Source: Chiloscyllium plagiosum (taxonomy: Eukaryota). From it: 64,000 bases of DNA. Numbering within the stretch: the first letter of the stretch is position 1; the number at the start of each line of letters is the position of its first letter. The notes under the pieces are model-generated. The model did no database searches, was not told where the DNA came from, and worked only from the letters and a program-made list of their open reading frames with translations. Location: assembly GCF_004010195.1 (NCBI RefSeq), contig NC_057719.1, forward strand, positions 85,916,056 to 85,980,055, in the 5' to 3' direction. The position numbers were made by a program, and so were the translations under genes. This document shows, in pieces, positions 13,551-27,959 of the stretch.

Positions 13551-14059
13551 TACACACAGGCAAGATCACATTCAGAATGCCCAAATGACAATTAAATTGC
13601 CAGTGTAAATCTTTCCTGGAATTAGCATCATTATATTCAGGTTTATCAGGATACTGTTGTCCAATTGTAGAATCTCATCTTGCATTGTGTGCTTTGTAAG
13701 CACGAGCTCATTGATAAATCTCAATATCTTGCTTGCAGTAAACAGTTGAATTGACATGGTGATTGATATGATCAACCAGTCATTGGGATGTATGACCTAC
13801 ATTATTGGGGATATTCTCCATTGTAAAGATTCTGCCAAATAGAGTTAACTTGCCAACCAGTCAGCACTCTCCTTTCAAGCAGTATAAATGTTGGTTCCAA
13901 CATGAATTTGCATTCTGATGCAATGCCTAGATGTATGCAAAACAAAATTTTGAACAAAATGTGTATTTTCATCAGCAATTCCCAAATATTTAATTGGAGG
14001 AACTCTCCACTCACGCAATGCTCAATTTATTTTTACATAAACAGCCTGGTAATTCTGCA

Positions 14060-15200
14060 GTGGTTAAGGAGCTAAGTGAAGTGGCGGTAAGGTGCAGTTG
14101 GGTGTCATCAGCATGCATGTACAAATTAATGCCATATTTTGGATAGTGTTAGTGAAGCTGTATGTCAATATAAAACAGAAGGAACTAAGAATAGACCCTC
14201 AGGGGACACCCAGGTTTATGCTGCAGGAACTGGAAGAAAACTCTTTGTAAATGATTAATGAAAATAAAATACTGTGTATGCTGCAAATCTGAAATCAAAA
14301 GAGGTTTGCTTGAGAAACCCAACTCATCTGGCAGCATCTGTGGAGAGAGAAACAGAGTGAATGTTTTGACTCCAGCATGATTTTTCTTTGAAGCTGAAGC
14401 AAGATGGGACAGTCATGGATATTGAGCTGCTGAAAGGATGCAGAGACAAGTGGAACATAGGGTTTGTGAAATGATAAAGGTCATTTAGAGATTACAATTG
14501 TAGGATAAAAGGCAAAAGGAGTGGTAATTGTTAGAGAGAAAACAAGGATTAGATCCATAGTAAGTGCCAGTAACATTTGTCTCCAGTTCCAAAGAACAGC
14601 TGAGACTTTTGGAATGTTACTGTCGTATTATTGTAACATGTATTCTGCCTACCACTGGATTGTTAAGAATCATAACAGGTAAGAGCAAGATGGAATGGTC
14701 AAGTGCATCAATTCTGATGACAGACCAAGAAGGACACAGAAGGATCTGCAGTCAATAATTTGTGGCTTTGATCAGAAAAATTTTGGCAATTGACAGTGGT
14801 GGAAGCTTAATAGGAGGGATTGAAACGTGGTAGTCATGAAAGATAGGTCTGAATTAGGGAGTCAAGAATGAGATACCAAATTTTGGGAGAGAAAAGGGAA
14901 ATTGACAAGGAGCTAAGGTTTTTCTTTTCTGTATCTGAGGAGAGAGATGAGGTTGACTGATGGAAAATAGGAGAAACTTACTAGCATTATTCTCTAACAT
15001 GGGAAGTGCTGAGTGAGTTTTGGTGATGTGCAGTTTAGTGGGAATTATGGTCAAGGAAGCAGGTGGTGGGTCTAATGACAAGCAAAACTGGGAGATGAAA
15101 TTAGGGTGAATATGGGAGGAACTAAAGATCACAATTCTAGGGAAGGGGCATCCTTATAGGACGCTTGACCTGGTAGGTCTGTGGACAAAAAGGACCTGGC
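14060..15200 (-). mobile_element. Degenerate L2-like LINE with embedded PLE end (~14260-14520)
   Basis: Reverse complement tacatgcatgctgatgacacccaactg (YMHADDTQL) and ggtgtcccctgagggtct (GVP-x-GS). Confidence 0.5.
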
Positions 15201-15621
15201 AGAGACCACTTATTGGATGGTATTGACCTTTGTGGAAAATGTAGACCTACATTCCTGGCACAACTTGATATAAATGAAAATGAAAGAGACAGGGCAAGGG
15301 ATATGATGCAGATGGTAAAGGAAGATAGGTTAAATCATTAGATGTTAGAAGAATAAGGATTGACTTCATGAAACATATCAAATTGCAATGGTTTGAGCAA
15401 GTAGGTGTGGAGAAACCTCCTGTCTGGGGAATGTAGAAGACGATTCACAATCTCAGAAGGAAGGGCTGATCATTTAGGCAGGATTACGCAGTTCATTGCA
15501 TGCTGAACTTTGAAATTCTGTATTCTAAAAAGTTGTAGTCTTTCAGTCATTGAGTTTATTCATGAAAGATCTGGGTTAGACAAATGATTGCATAGTACGG
15601 TCAGTAAGAGATATGGGGTTA

Positions 15622-16110
<489 letters not shown>

Positions 16111-16940
16111 TCATTGGTTGCAATAGCATTTCGATTATCTCTGAGTAGCACCTTAAGACTGCCCAAAGCGTCATGCAGCCGTTTGAGTTCATTTGACTTA
16201 CTGTCCATGTCAATTCGCGCAGGGCAAAATGTTTTAGAGCGACAACAGACACCTATTTCAGTCCTCTCCATTGAAGGAATCGGCAGACAGAGTGAAACGC
16301 ATAGAGTTGTGGGGCCTTACGTTCTCACTGGATGGCAGAACCGAACCTGACTTTAACGTTTACCGTGATGAGTGTCGATTACAATGCAGCGTTCCTCCGC
16401 GCTGTTACTCTAGATTGTATGACTATAGTCTCCAGTAGAGATTAACTCCACTAGCCTCTGACAGTTCTATCACCCAGCTATGGCTGACACTGCAATAAAT
16501 GAAAAGTATCAGAAATTCCGCCGTGCATTCACCAAACAAATAATTTTCAGTCCGGATACGTGTATTTAAAACTGCGGGGTGAACTCAATTCGAAAATATA
16601 ACACTCTCTGTAAATCGTATCTTCAAGGTAAGGCAGACAATTGGAACGTGCAACTCCTATTTATTCTATCATTTAAACCTCTGAATCCCATTTTAGTTTT
16701 GAAAAACGGATATGCTAGTATGTAAGAGGCATCGGTTACATTAATGCATTAAAATATGTGAAAGAAACACAATTCACATTTATAGAATGAACTACATGTA
16801 AATTATGCTTGACACCTGAAAAATGTTCAAAACTCATCTTCCTAAGATGTCAAATAATATGCAACTAAGAGTGGGGTTTTTTCGAAGTTAGTAAAATGCA
16901 GTTTCGCTTCCACTCCATTCTACTAACGCAGTTCACTCAC

Positions 16941-17111
16941 AGCCTCCCAGACATACGAGGAGACGCCCAATTCAGCGTCCATGAATCGAACGATCTTTAG
17001 ATTAAATCCGCAAAATTCGAAGTTGCTCCTGCGAATTGCAGCAGTCGGGGTGCGATTCTCACTCTCGCGAGCTTTGGAGCTACATTGCTCTCGACTCTGG
17101 GTCGCCGCCAT
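16941..17111 (-). CDS. EEF1AKMT3: Copy A coding exon 1
   Basis: Kozak aaacATGG; 57 codons ending FEFCGFNLKI...LGVSSYVWEA|gtgagt. Confidence 0.92.
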
Positions 17112-17206
17112 GTTTTGTTTTCTATTTGAACTCCTGAACCCGTACACAATGGTTTGCAATGAGGTTGACGCCGGCTACAGATTGGCAGCAATTGTTGGAA
17201 CTGGAA

Positions 17207-17259
17207 TTATATATCGAGCTATGAGGCGTCATGGCGCCTCAGATTGCGTCACAGCCAAT
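17207..17259 (-). promoter_or_regulatory. Copy A core promoter: TATATAA (17207-17213), C/EBP-ATF-like site (17243-17251), inverted CCAAT (17255-17259)
   Basis: Motifs read directly, about 100 bp upstream of the ATG; spacing shared with copies B and C. Confidence 0.6.
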
Positions 17260-19149
17260 GATGTGTCATCATTTCTCAAGCATTCGTACATAGCAGTTAA
17301 TTTTGCTAACAAGGATTTGAGTATCAGTAATGGTGGCCCCAACAACAAAGCACTATCTTAATGCACAGAGGATCGTGGAAAGTCGAACTTTCTTGCGTTT
17401 GCGTTGAATTATCAAAACAACTAGGCCCCAATGTCTCCATTGGTGAATTATCCGACTCCGCAAGATACCTCAGAAACAGAATATTGCGGTTGACGTCTGG
17501 TTCTAATTCTTGGAGCACAAAGTCTATTCTTAACGCAGTACTGAGGGAATACTGTTGTGCTCATAATGCTGTAACGTGATGGCCAAGTGGAAAGGCCTCT
17601 TGCCGCATGTGGACATTCACGGCCATTTTGAAGTTGTACTTGGGACCTAGCCTTGTGGTGTGGCCAATCGCTCCCACTCAATTACCACCGAAATCAGAAG
17701 ATCTGGCGGGTGCCTCTTGCTCGTTTGCTCCGAGCGAATTAGTCAGTCGTCTCCTGTATACTAACAAATATTGTTCTTCAAAATAATTAATTTGAAAATA
17801 CTTCAACGTTCAGTAATGGCTAAGGATCTATCTGCTCTTCCAAATGTAGGTGAATCCAAAAGCAATTTTCAAACAACCTCTTCCAAAAATCAAATGATCG
17901 ACTCTGAAATTCCTGAGAAGAATCATATCGAACTCGGAACGTTAACTCCCCTTCTCTCTCCATAGACGCTGCCAGAATGACAGAGTTTTCCAGCTTTATT
18001 TTTAACCGCAGATCTCCAACATCAGCGGTAATCTGATTTCATCCGTTTTTAACAAATTCTCTTGTTGCAGAAGCTGCATCCATGGTACCGTCCATGGTGA
18101 CTTGTCTATTCTCTTGCATTGATCGTGAAAACTTCAGTAGTAGTTCCAAACGCAGGACGGAGCTATCTCTTTTCCTGATGAGAAAGCCTCCCGGGAAACC
18201 TGGGCGCATTTTAAAAGGTTACTGACATCGTTATTTACTTAAGAAATTCCCAATGAAAAATTCTCCCTTAGATATTCGGAATGATAAGCAAATCTCCAAT
18301 CTTTCAAATGGTGCCCCTTTACCATTTTGGAGGGCAAAGCACGAAGGACAACACCAAGTCAATAAGGCACATATCCTCCCGGCTTACTGCTATATAATCA
18401 TCCATTGTCATTGGGCCAAAAACCCTGAACTAACTTCCGAACAGCAGCGCGGCTATACCTGAACTGAAATGAATGGCTCTGATCAGGACAGGAGCTCAAC
18501 ACATCCTACTCATTGAATATTATGAGCCACAACTAGTATTGTTCTTGTGAGACAACCTTGCCCTTCGTGAAATATTCACTTCACCATCCTGCGATCGTAA
18601 GTGATTTCACAATATTTGAATAACTAATAGAGCAGAGGATTGAGGGGCATAAAACTGATGTTCAGTTATCCCAATCGCCGTGAACGAAGTTTACAGCACA
18701 GTAAAGATAAGCATCCGTGTTTCAGAAGGGACCTAGGGGATAAGCGGCGACGCCGAGCCAATAGACAACAGTAACAAGTGGACTTCAGAATGTTAGATGA
18801 CGAAACACTGGGATATGTAAGGGCATGGAGAAGGTGGGCGGGGGCGGAGGGGAGAGGGGGAGAGAGACAAAGTGCCACAACGTGGCAACTATTGCATTTT
18901 CATATTGATGGAAAGCGTTTCATACGCAATTGAAAGGATATTGAATACATTGAAACACGGTGCTTTGCAGCTCAAAATTCCTTTAGAGTTAATTTTGAGC
19001 TACATTCCTTTCAGTGACGACATAACAAAACACCAAAATATGCGCCCTTGAATAAATTATTACATTTCATTACATTGTTTCCCGAAGTTTTTGCATCTAG
19101 GTTAATTTAACTGCTCCTCACTTTATTAATCCAGTGACGAAAAAATAAC

Positions 19150-19900
19150 TTATTTTTTTTTTAGATCCAGTGAGAAATGTCCTTTCAGATTTGGTGCAGT
19201 CGATCAGCAATGGTGCTCCTATGACAAGGTAGCGTCTTGGTGATATCAATTGAACCTGCCGTCCCCCATCTCGAGTACATTCTGTGTTGTAACCACCCTC
19301 AAAGTTTCTTAAATTTGGTGGACCATCTAATTTATCGCGAGGCAGGGACAGTTGGGGAGACAGGGGTGCAGGTGGTAGTTTGTAGACAGCAACTGGTTCC
19401 TTTACCCATGTTTGAAATGATATCACTAGACTTCCATGGGCTCCGAGTCAATGTTGAGAAACACCAAAGCAAGTCCATACTGATTATATGCCAGGACATA
19501 CCGAGGCTTTTGTCGGTGGTCTTGGGAACATTAGTTGTAAGCTTAAATTCTGTGAGCATTTCTATCAGGTTGCTGCTTTATTAGTCTGCAGGACCTCTGT
19601 CCCAATTTTGGCATTAGACCCTGGATTTTACTAAGAATCACTTTGCAGGGTCGATTGCTTTATGTGTGCAAATGTTCCTCTCAGTGTGTCGGTCAATGCC
19701 GGGTGGCCCTTCCACTTTGTTTTTGTAATTGCAGACCACTGGAATGGCTTTCTGTAACATTTCGGAGGACAGTTATGACTCAACCGCATATATCTGAAAT
19801 CGTATGTTGGCCAGATCAGGTAAAGACAGACCTTCAGAAGGACATTAGTGAGACTCACTCCTCTACTTCCTCCTCCACCAAGGTGTTGGGCAAACTCATC
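19150..19900 (-). mobile_element. Old CR1-group LINE endonuclease region
   Basis: ILTEFK...SMDLLWCFSTLTRSPW/QTTTC-like degenerate APE fragments. Confidence 0.45.
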
Positions 19901-21164
19901 CTAACACACAGCTCAGGTGTTGGCAAGTTGTGCAACATCCAGTGCACCAGCGCAATTCAAATGTCGTACTGGTGGATTGTACCAGATCTTTCAAAGCACT
20001 AGACTGTGAACTTCGGATGCACAAAGCCAGTTTGATTGCTGTCCTGTTGGAGACATAAGAGGTATTTAGTATTCCAGCGCCCGTGGTCCTCTCTTATTTC
20101 CTGCGTGTCAACCCCAACGTCACCCAACAACCATAACTGAAGGCTTTCTAATGGCCAAGACATTTGAAGCACTTGCGACTGTCTCAGTCTCATCATTGCA
20201 ATCACCAGAGAACGCAGTTTACCTTGCATAATATCACCTGGCATGTGCACTTCAGCAATATTGCAGAACGGCAATTTCTCAGCACCAGTTATTTGTCTAA
20301 TGCAAGAAATCATCCTTGCTCTTTCATCTCTTATGCTGCTTATTACATTTCAATGTTATGGTCCTCTTAGCAAATGTGGGAATATCAAACTTTTATCGGC
20401 AAAATAAACAAAATCGGGAGATATCAACGTAAATTCCCAGAGCTGTTCTTAAAAACGAGTTTAAGTAGACATCCCTAATGCTGATGGAGGCTGATCGTTA
20501 TTGCTAAGAAACATAATCAGTACAGCAATAGCCGTAACAACAGAAGAGACAAGGGCAGGGGTACATGATATCATGTTCCAGGCTGTTATACTACACAATG
20601 AGATAATAACTAACCTTATTCCCTGCTAAATCCACAAATCGCTTTACTTGCTTAGTGCCCAAAATGCAGTCAGTTTCAGTCTTGAATAGTAGAATCCATT
20701 GAGCCTCCTCTACCCTCTTGAGTAGAGAACTCCAAAGAATCAGGACACATCAAATCTCCTTATCGTTTAATCGGATACTGGGAAGATATTTTCTGTGTGG
20801 TGGGTGTTTAGGACCAGGGATTGCAATATTGAAAGAAGCAACTGCTATTTAAATCAAAGAATAGAAGAATTCCTACGTTCAAACAGTTGTGACCTCTGTA
20901 ATTTTCTTGTATAGATAACTGTGGGCGACCTGTTGTTCAGTATCAGGTCAGAAATCAACAAATCTTAGAATGCTAAGAAAATCCAAGGATTTGGGGGCAG
21001 TGTGAGAAATGACATGAGAAGCGTCTGAGGACTCTGGGACTGAACTCGATGGAGTTTAGAAGGATGAGGGATGATCTGATTGAAACTTGCAGGATACTGA
21101 ATAGTCTGGACAGAGCGGATGTTGGAAAGATGTTTCTATTTGCAGGAGAGATGAGCATCTGAGG

Positions 21165-21285
21165 TCTCTCCACCCTGGAGGCTCCCTGCCTCATTCTTGA
21201 TATAGGGCTTTTGCCCGAAGCATCGATTTTCCTGCTCCTTGGATGCTACCTGACCTCCTGTGCTTTTCCAGCACCACACTCTCGC
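21165..21285 (+). mobile_element. PLE terminal fragment with decayed hammerhead (21197-21224), inside a CR1 3' fragment
   Basis: ttgatatagggcttttgcccgaagcatc followed by gatgctacctgacc...tttccagcaccacactctc. Confidence 0.75.
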
Positions 21286-21639
21286 CTGATGTCACAACTT
21301 TTTAGACCTTTAGAGATAAGGAGAAATGTCTTTAGCTATAGAGCGGCGAATCTGTGGAATTCATTGCCACAGAAGGCTGTGAAACCAGGTCATTGAGATT
21401 ATTTAAAACAGAGATAGATAAGTTTTTGATAGCCAAGGGGATCAAAGATTTTTTTAATGCATTTGTGCGACTTGGAACTCACTGGTTGGCCAGTATTGAT
21501 AGCCCATCCCTATTTCCCTTGAGAAGATAGTGGTGAGCTGCTTTCTTGCATCGCTTCAGTCGCCTTGCTGTCGGTTGACCCACGATACCGGTAGAGAGGG
21601 AATTCCACGATTTTGACTCAACCGGCCATACTGTTTTAG

Positions 21640-22115
21640 GCATTGGTGTACATGAATCCAGGTTGGAGGATTTGAGTTATATGGGGAGGTTAGATAGGCT
21701 GTGGCTGTTTTCCCTGGAGCTTCGGAGACTGAGGTGTGGCCTTACAGAGGTTTACAAAATCATGAGTAGCACGGATAGAATAAATAGACAAGGTATTTTC
21801 CTTGGGATGGGGATGTCCAGAACTAGAGTGCATAGGTTTAGGGTGAGAAGGGAAAGATATAAAAGGGACCTAAGGGGCAACATTTTCACACAGGTTTTGA
21901 TGTATGTATGGAATGAGCTGGCAGAGGAAGTGGTGGAGGCTGATACAATACAGCATTTAAAAGGCATCGATATGGTTATGTGAATACGAAGGGTTTGGAG
22001 GGATATGGGCCAAGTGCTGACCAACGAGACTAGATTGGGTTAGGATATCTGGTAGGCATGGATGAGTTAAAAGTGTCTGTATCTGTGTTGTACATTTCTA
22101 TGATTCTATGACTCA
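21640..22115 (+). mobile_element. CR1 LINE 3' end
   Basis: LSYMGRLDRLWLFSLELRRLRCGLTEVYKIM; tail tctatgattctatgact. Confidence 0.85.
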
Positions 22116-23247
22116 GCTCTTTTTGTTTGTATAAAAAATTGTGTATCTATGTGTTACTGCAAAATAGATTAATTAGCACCGACTTGAATTCAGCTTCCCT
22201 GGATTTCAATGTTGACGGCCCCTTCTCGTGTATCATCCTCCATGCTGTAGTTAGTTGGTGAGAGGTCTTTGTGCCAAGCGGGTAAGAAGGTGATGCCAGA
22301 CGACTAGGTCAAAGAAGCTTGGATGGAGATCACAGAAGAAATCAGCACCCTTGGGACCTTCCAAAGTAGCTGAAAGCAGTGTATTAAAAGGCTGAGTGGT
22401 CCCTTGCGATAGGAAAGCGTAAGTATGGAGCAATTCTGTAGATGTAATTCCAATCATGATGTGTGGATGTGAAAAGTGTGGAAAATAGTTACACCAGGCC
22501 CAAATGCTAAAATAGACACACCATGTTGAATAGCACTGAGGAATTCTGAGCCAGGGCTCCTGGAAACGCAAGATCTGTTCATTTTAAATGCCATTAGAAA
22601 ATGGTTGCAGTAAGAATGGATATATTGGCTACCAGCGTGAACTGGTTACCCCTAAAATTTCATTACATTGCTGCTTTCCCTTAGGAGGGGAAACGAGGTC
22701 AAAAAGCCTATGGACAGAGAAAGGCCTGGAGGAGCATCTCAAATCTTGGCCATTTTCACTACCCTGAACGAGGGAACTCTACAGCTCAGGAGAAACTAAT
22801 GCTATGTGACTGTGGGTCATCAAGACACTGTCTGACAACCTCGGGTGATGAAAATATGGAGCCACAAGTGTCTCCTGCTAAGATTATGCTGAATTGGTGG
22901 GTCGAAATTGGGAAACGGAGACTGGAAGGGAGCATTGATGGAGTGATTTTGGTCGATGTCAGGAGAGGCATGAGAAATAGATGTTTAAAATCTAGGCATC
23001 ATTTGTTTGGGCATGTGTGTGTGTGGGGGGGGGGGGAGGAATGGGGACAGCAATTGTGTATCTCTGGACTAATTTCTCCAACAGATGAAAATAAGGGTGA
23101 ATTTTTCATCCGGAGATATTTAAGACCTAGACTGCAATTTATTTAAGATTGGAAGAAGACGATTCCTTGTAAACGTGCAACAGTCATCTAGACACTTATG
23201 TGACTGGGACTAGTTTGCAGGGCAACATAAAATTGGGTTCTGAGATG

Positions 23248-23567
23248 ATTAGATTCGATTCCCTACAACATAGAAACAGGCCCTTCAGCCCAACCTGTCC
23301 ACACCGACCCTCCGAAGCGTAACCCACCCAGATCAATTCCCCTACCCGACATTTACCCCGACTAAAGCACCTATCACTATGGGCAATTTAGCATGACCAA
23401 TTCACCTAAACTGCACACTTTCGGATTGTGGGAGGAAACCGGAGCACCCGGAGGAAAGCCACGCAGACACAGGGAGAATGTGCAAACTCCACACAGTCAG
23501 TCGCCCGAGGTGGGAAACGAGCGCAGGTCCCTGGTGCTGTGAGGCAGCAGTGCTAACCACTGAGCCA
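23248..23567 (-). mobile_element. HE1-type SINE
   Basis: Same head and tail as the other copies. Confidence 0.88.
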
Positions 23568-24182
23568 TGATATCGGGCAATTTAAGTAAAGAACGGCCAT
23601 AAACATGATAGTACGACTGACCTCTTTCTGCGTTGCAGGATTCGCTGACACATTGATATTTTTCGCGACAGCGAGCAAAAATCATTGTGTTTTATTTTGC
23701 ACTGAAAATACCTTTGGAAATTCCCCCGTTTTTCACGCGCATCAGCGGCTGCCACAAGGGTGGGAAAATTAGATGCACAGGCGAACAAATTACAACGTTG
23801 CAATTTTAATTCTTCCAGTTATTATCCACTAGCCTGCGTTGAAAGTAATATGCCTTCGCCAGAAGACAGTTTAGCCCGTGGCATACAATACATTTATTTC
23901 ATTTCATCTTTGCATTAATTTGTCACTCAGAAGTAGCACGACTGCGTTTTTCACAGTCACAATGAAACATATTGACAGGGTTCAACTTAACCATTCCCAA
24001 ATTCAATTCAGCACTAAAACCGTTCTGCGTCAGACGCAGGTGCTCTATGTATTCGACGCTTTGCAGTAGAATATATGACAAAGGTGCTCATTGTTTCCAA
24101 CTTATTATAAAGAACGAACAGGGAAAATGAGCCCCTAATCACGACCCCCAGCGTCAGTGTCTTTGAGCTAAAGTTTCCACAT

Positions 24183-24595
24183 TTACATTAGGAACCAGTC
24201 CTCAGGACCTCTTCCGATTTTGGTCATTTTGTACACAGTAATATCCTTGTCCGCTAACTTGTCAACAACCAAGCATTTAAAGTACACGGGTAAAAGCACG
24301 TCATGAAAAGATAGGGAGCCATTTCCTTTTCGGAATGCGGAAGCCAGGTAGATGATGGTATCTGGATGAGCGAGATAATGCAATGTTCTGATCAGTGAGG
24401 AGTACGAAGCTGAGCTGTAAACAAGATCCGAACCCAGAATGAAGTCATACTCGTTGGTAAATCTAATGTGGTCTTCACCCCAAATCAGGGGGCGGACATT
24501 TATACGGTGTCTACAGGCAGCAGGGATGTTGATGGCGATGTTGTGTTCTATCTGCTGCAGTGCGTTCGGCTGATCTGTAAAGGTAACATTTCCAC
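24183..24595 (-). CDS. EEF1AKMT3: METTL21B/EEF1AKMT3-like copy B, coding exon 3
   Basis: tcttcgtcttgtcag|GT; GNVTFTD...LIWG...YDFILGSDLVY...IYLAS; 413 nt; total 171+112+413=696 nt (231 aa). Confidence 0.93.
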
Positions 24596-24865
24596 CTGAC
24601 AAGACGAAGAGAGAAATTATTCATCCACGTTGAAGGTTGGCCCTGACAGCACACTACTATGCTATTTGATCACAGTACTCAGTGAGGTCCTGGTGAATTC
24701 CGGGATTCACTCACATTGAGTAATTGGAATCAGCATGGACCGAGACGCCCCTAACGCAAATGCTCAGACATTGATCTAAATAAGGAACACTTCAGCGCAA
24801 CGTAAATTCCGGTCGTTTAAATAAGGAAGTCTGATTTATTTTAAAGTGCGCGGGGAAGGAAGTTA

Positions 24866-26245
24866 ATCTCGTCCCTCCAATGTAGAGGAGACCACATCGG
24901 ATGCAAAGGATGCAGTAGATGATGTGTGTGGAAGTACAGATAAATTTCTGATGGATTTGGAAGGATCCTTTGGGGCCTTGGACAAACCTGAGGGGTGAAC
25001 CCAGGTTCTGCACTTCTTCCAATGGCATGGAGGAGAGGGTGAGTTGGTGGGTGGTGTGGACCTCACAAGTGTGCCAAGGAGGGAATGGTCCCTCTGAAAC
25101 GCAGATACAGGTGGGAAGGAAATATATCTCTGGTAGTAGGGCATGTTTGTAGGCAGCAGAAATGTGGACAATCATGCCATGTATCCAGAGGTTAGTGGGG
25201 TAGAAGGTGAGTGTGGGGGGGAGGCGGTTCTGTCCTTGTTCCAATTAGAGGGGTGGTGTTCAGGGGTAGAGGTGCAGGAAGTAGAAAAGATGCACTGGAG
25301 GGCTTTGTCGACGACGTGGGATGGGTAATTGTGGTCTTTGAAGAAGGAAGCCATCTGGGATATTCTACGGTGGAATTGGTCCTCCTGGGAGCAGATACGG
25401 TGGAGTTAGAGGAATTGGAAATAAGGGATAGCGGTTTTACAGGAGGCAGAGTGGAGGGGGGGGGGAGGTGTTGACTAGATAGCTGTGGGAGTCTGTGGGT
25501 TTGTAGTAGTTGTCCATGTTGAGTCAGTTGCCGGAAAAGGAGATATAGAGGTCTAGAAAGGGGAAGGAGGTGGCTGAGATGGTCCAGGTGAACTTGAAGT
25601 TGGGGTGAAAAGTGTTTGTGAAGTTGATGAACTGTTCAACTTCCTTGCGGGAACATGAGGTAGCGTCAATACAGTCATTGATGTAATGGAATAAAAGGTG
25701 GGGAATGATGCCAATGTAGCTGCAGAAGGTGGACTCGTTCCACATACCCGATGAAGAGGCAGGCATAGATGAGGCCCATGCGAGTGCACATGGCTATCCC
25801 TTTGGTTTGGAGGATGGGGGAGGACTGGAAGGAGATGTTGTTGGGAATGAGGACCAGTCCAGCCAGTCGAATGAGAGTGTCAGTGAAAGGGTACTGGCTG
25901 GGTCAGCGTGAGAGGAAGAAATATAGGGTTCAGAGGCCTTTGTCATGGTGGATAGATGTGTGCAGTTATTGGATGTTCATGGTGAAGATAAGGCATTGGG
26001 GGCTGCGGAAAGGAAGTGGAGGAGGTGGAGGGGGAGGGCGTGGCTGGTGTCCTGAACATAGGCTGGGAGTTGCTGTACTAAAGGGGACAGGATGCAGAGA
26101 TAAGTTCGGTGGGGGAGGAGTAGGCTGAGACAATGGGTCGACTGGGGTAGTCATGTTTGTGGATGTTGGGTAGGAGGTAGAATCAGGTGGTATGGGGTTC
26201 CCAGACAATGAGGTTGGAGAATGTGGGTTCCTGAAAGTCACCATT
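24866..26245 (-). mobile_element. Penelope-like element RT plus GIY-YIG fragment in copy B intron 2
   Basis: FICTSTHIIYCILCIRCGLLYIGGT; LFHYINDCI; EQFINFTNTFHPNFKFTW. Confidence 0.85.
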
Positions 26246-26629
26246 GACACTGTTTCTACCAGCTTTTCATGTGGTATATTGTGGAAAGGAAGTGAGGTAA
26301 ATGCTCCTAATATCTCTCGTGATTTTTGTCAATTATCCTAAACATGCGCGTTTTCGATAACAACCATTCGGAAGAATCAGCTCTCCCATTTTACTCTATC
26401 AAGACACGTGCATGATTTTAAAGATATTATTGGATCGAGTGAAGTTCACAGCTGTAAGAAAAACGGTGGCTGTTCATCTCATCTTTCTAAAGTTTGTCAT
26501 CTCTGATAATCCCACAATGCAATATCTAACATGAACATTAAAATAATTGGTTATCATCTGCACTGAGACTGAACGTCGCTCTGCTTTACCACTTAACTCC
26601 AATTTACAAGCTCAACGCGTTCGATGGCC

Positions 26630-26787
26630 CCAAACCACGACATTCTGGATCAGTGGTGCTGGAAGAGCACAGCAATTCAGGCAGCATCCGAGGACATGCT
26701 GCCTGAATTGCTGTGCTCTTCCAGCACCACTGATCCAGAATCTGGTTTCCAGCATCTGCAGTCATTGTTTTTACCAAACCACGACAT
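26630..26787. mobile_element. PLE-derived fold-back insertion: perfect 46-bp inverted repeat plus 33-nt tail, 14-bp TSD
   Basis: Arms 26642-26687 and 26696-26741, 8-nt loop; ccaaaccacgacat at 26630-26643 and 26774-26787. Confidence 0.9.
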
Positions 26788-27171
26788 AGTTACATCATAT
26801 CACTGATATTTGGATATTGTTTTGTATTCGACATCAATGTTGTTCCTCTGGTGTCACATGCAGTATATTACAAAGGCAGGAGTTTTCATCTTTGAAATGG
26901 TCAATGTTAAATATATAGAAGCGAGTGGGCAGGTTGTTAGAACGTACTGTGGATTTACTGTCACTCTGAAACTTGCCATAGGGTAGAGGAGGGGGGCGGG
27001 GTAGGAGGTTTTCCGCCTTTGAATGATCAACTACAGTGTTCTATTCTTTTTCATTGTCACCCTCCAACACACACAAGTGCGCCCGTACAGTCCTCCTAAC
27101 ACGCTTTCCCTCCTTCACAAAACTATTTTTATGTGGCCAGCATTCAACAAAATAGTAAAGGTCATCTGTTA

Positions 27172-27333
<162 letters not shown>

Positions 27334-27549
27334 TCACGCATTTGTAATTCACTGCTTACCCCAAATCAATATGGGTCATGAATGCGAGCGACTTCCTCTG
27401 GAGATAGGGGTACACTGGTAACAAATATTATCACCTGGCAACTTTTATCGAATCAGGACTAATCCGCTGACTTATGTGTCGCTTGCTGCAGCGCTGAGTC
27501 AGGAAATACATACTTTCCATTAATTGTGTCTTTTTAAAATTAAGTTTTT

Positions 27550-27650
27550 TTTTCCAATCAACTTGTTCAGAGATGTGCTTACACAACTCTGGAGCAGGTG
27601 GGACATGCACTCGGGCCTCCCGGTCCAGCGGTAGGGACACTATGTGCTGC
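27550..27650 (-). mobile_element. Short tRNA-derived SINE (second family)
   Basis: Similar to 58515-58630 and 60512-60622 (tagtgtccctacc...tcccacctgctccagag...ctctgaacaagttgatt). Confidence 0.6.
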
Positions 27651-27959
27651 TTAACCCAACCCCGTGAACGTTAGCTGGACGTCATGACACAACATGATGC
27701 CGTGGTGAAGGTAAAAGTGGATTTGTCATCAGTATCTTTGGATTCCGTATGTGTTTGGAACCGGGGTTTCCTTTTTAAATAGCTGCTCAAGGGAGGTCAC
27801 CAGAGGCTGATTGTAAGACAGCATGGGTCAGCAACTTCGGCAAGAAAAGAAAGCCGACACTTCTGAGCTCAAGTTATTTAACCAGTTCGAAAAGTCTAAC
27901 CTTTGCTGTGAGCAAGACTTGTCAAATGTCTGTGAGGAATTCATGCACAGGAGAGACAA

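Noticed and set aside
17255-17275. ERSE (CCAAT-N9-CCACG) in the promoters
   Set aside because: The CCACG half is absent in all three
17490-17575. Possible Deu-domain SINE remnant (cagtactgagggaatactg) upstream of copy A
   Set aside because: The match is too short and degenerate to support without a profile search
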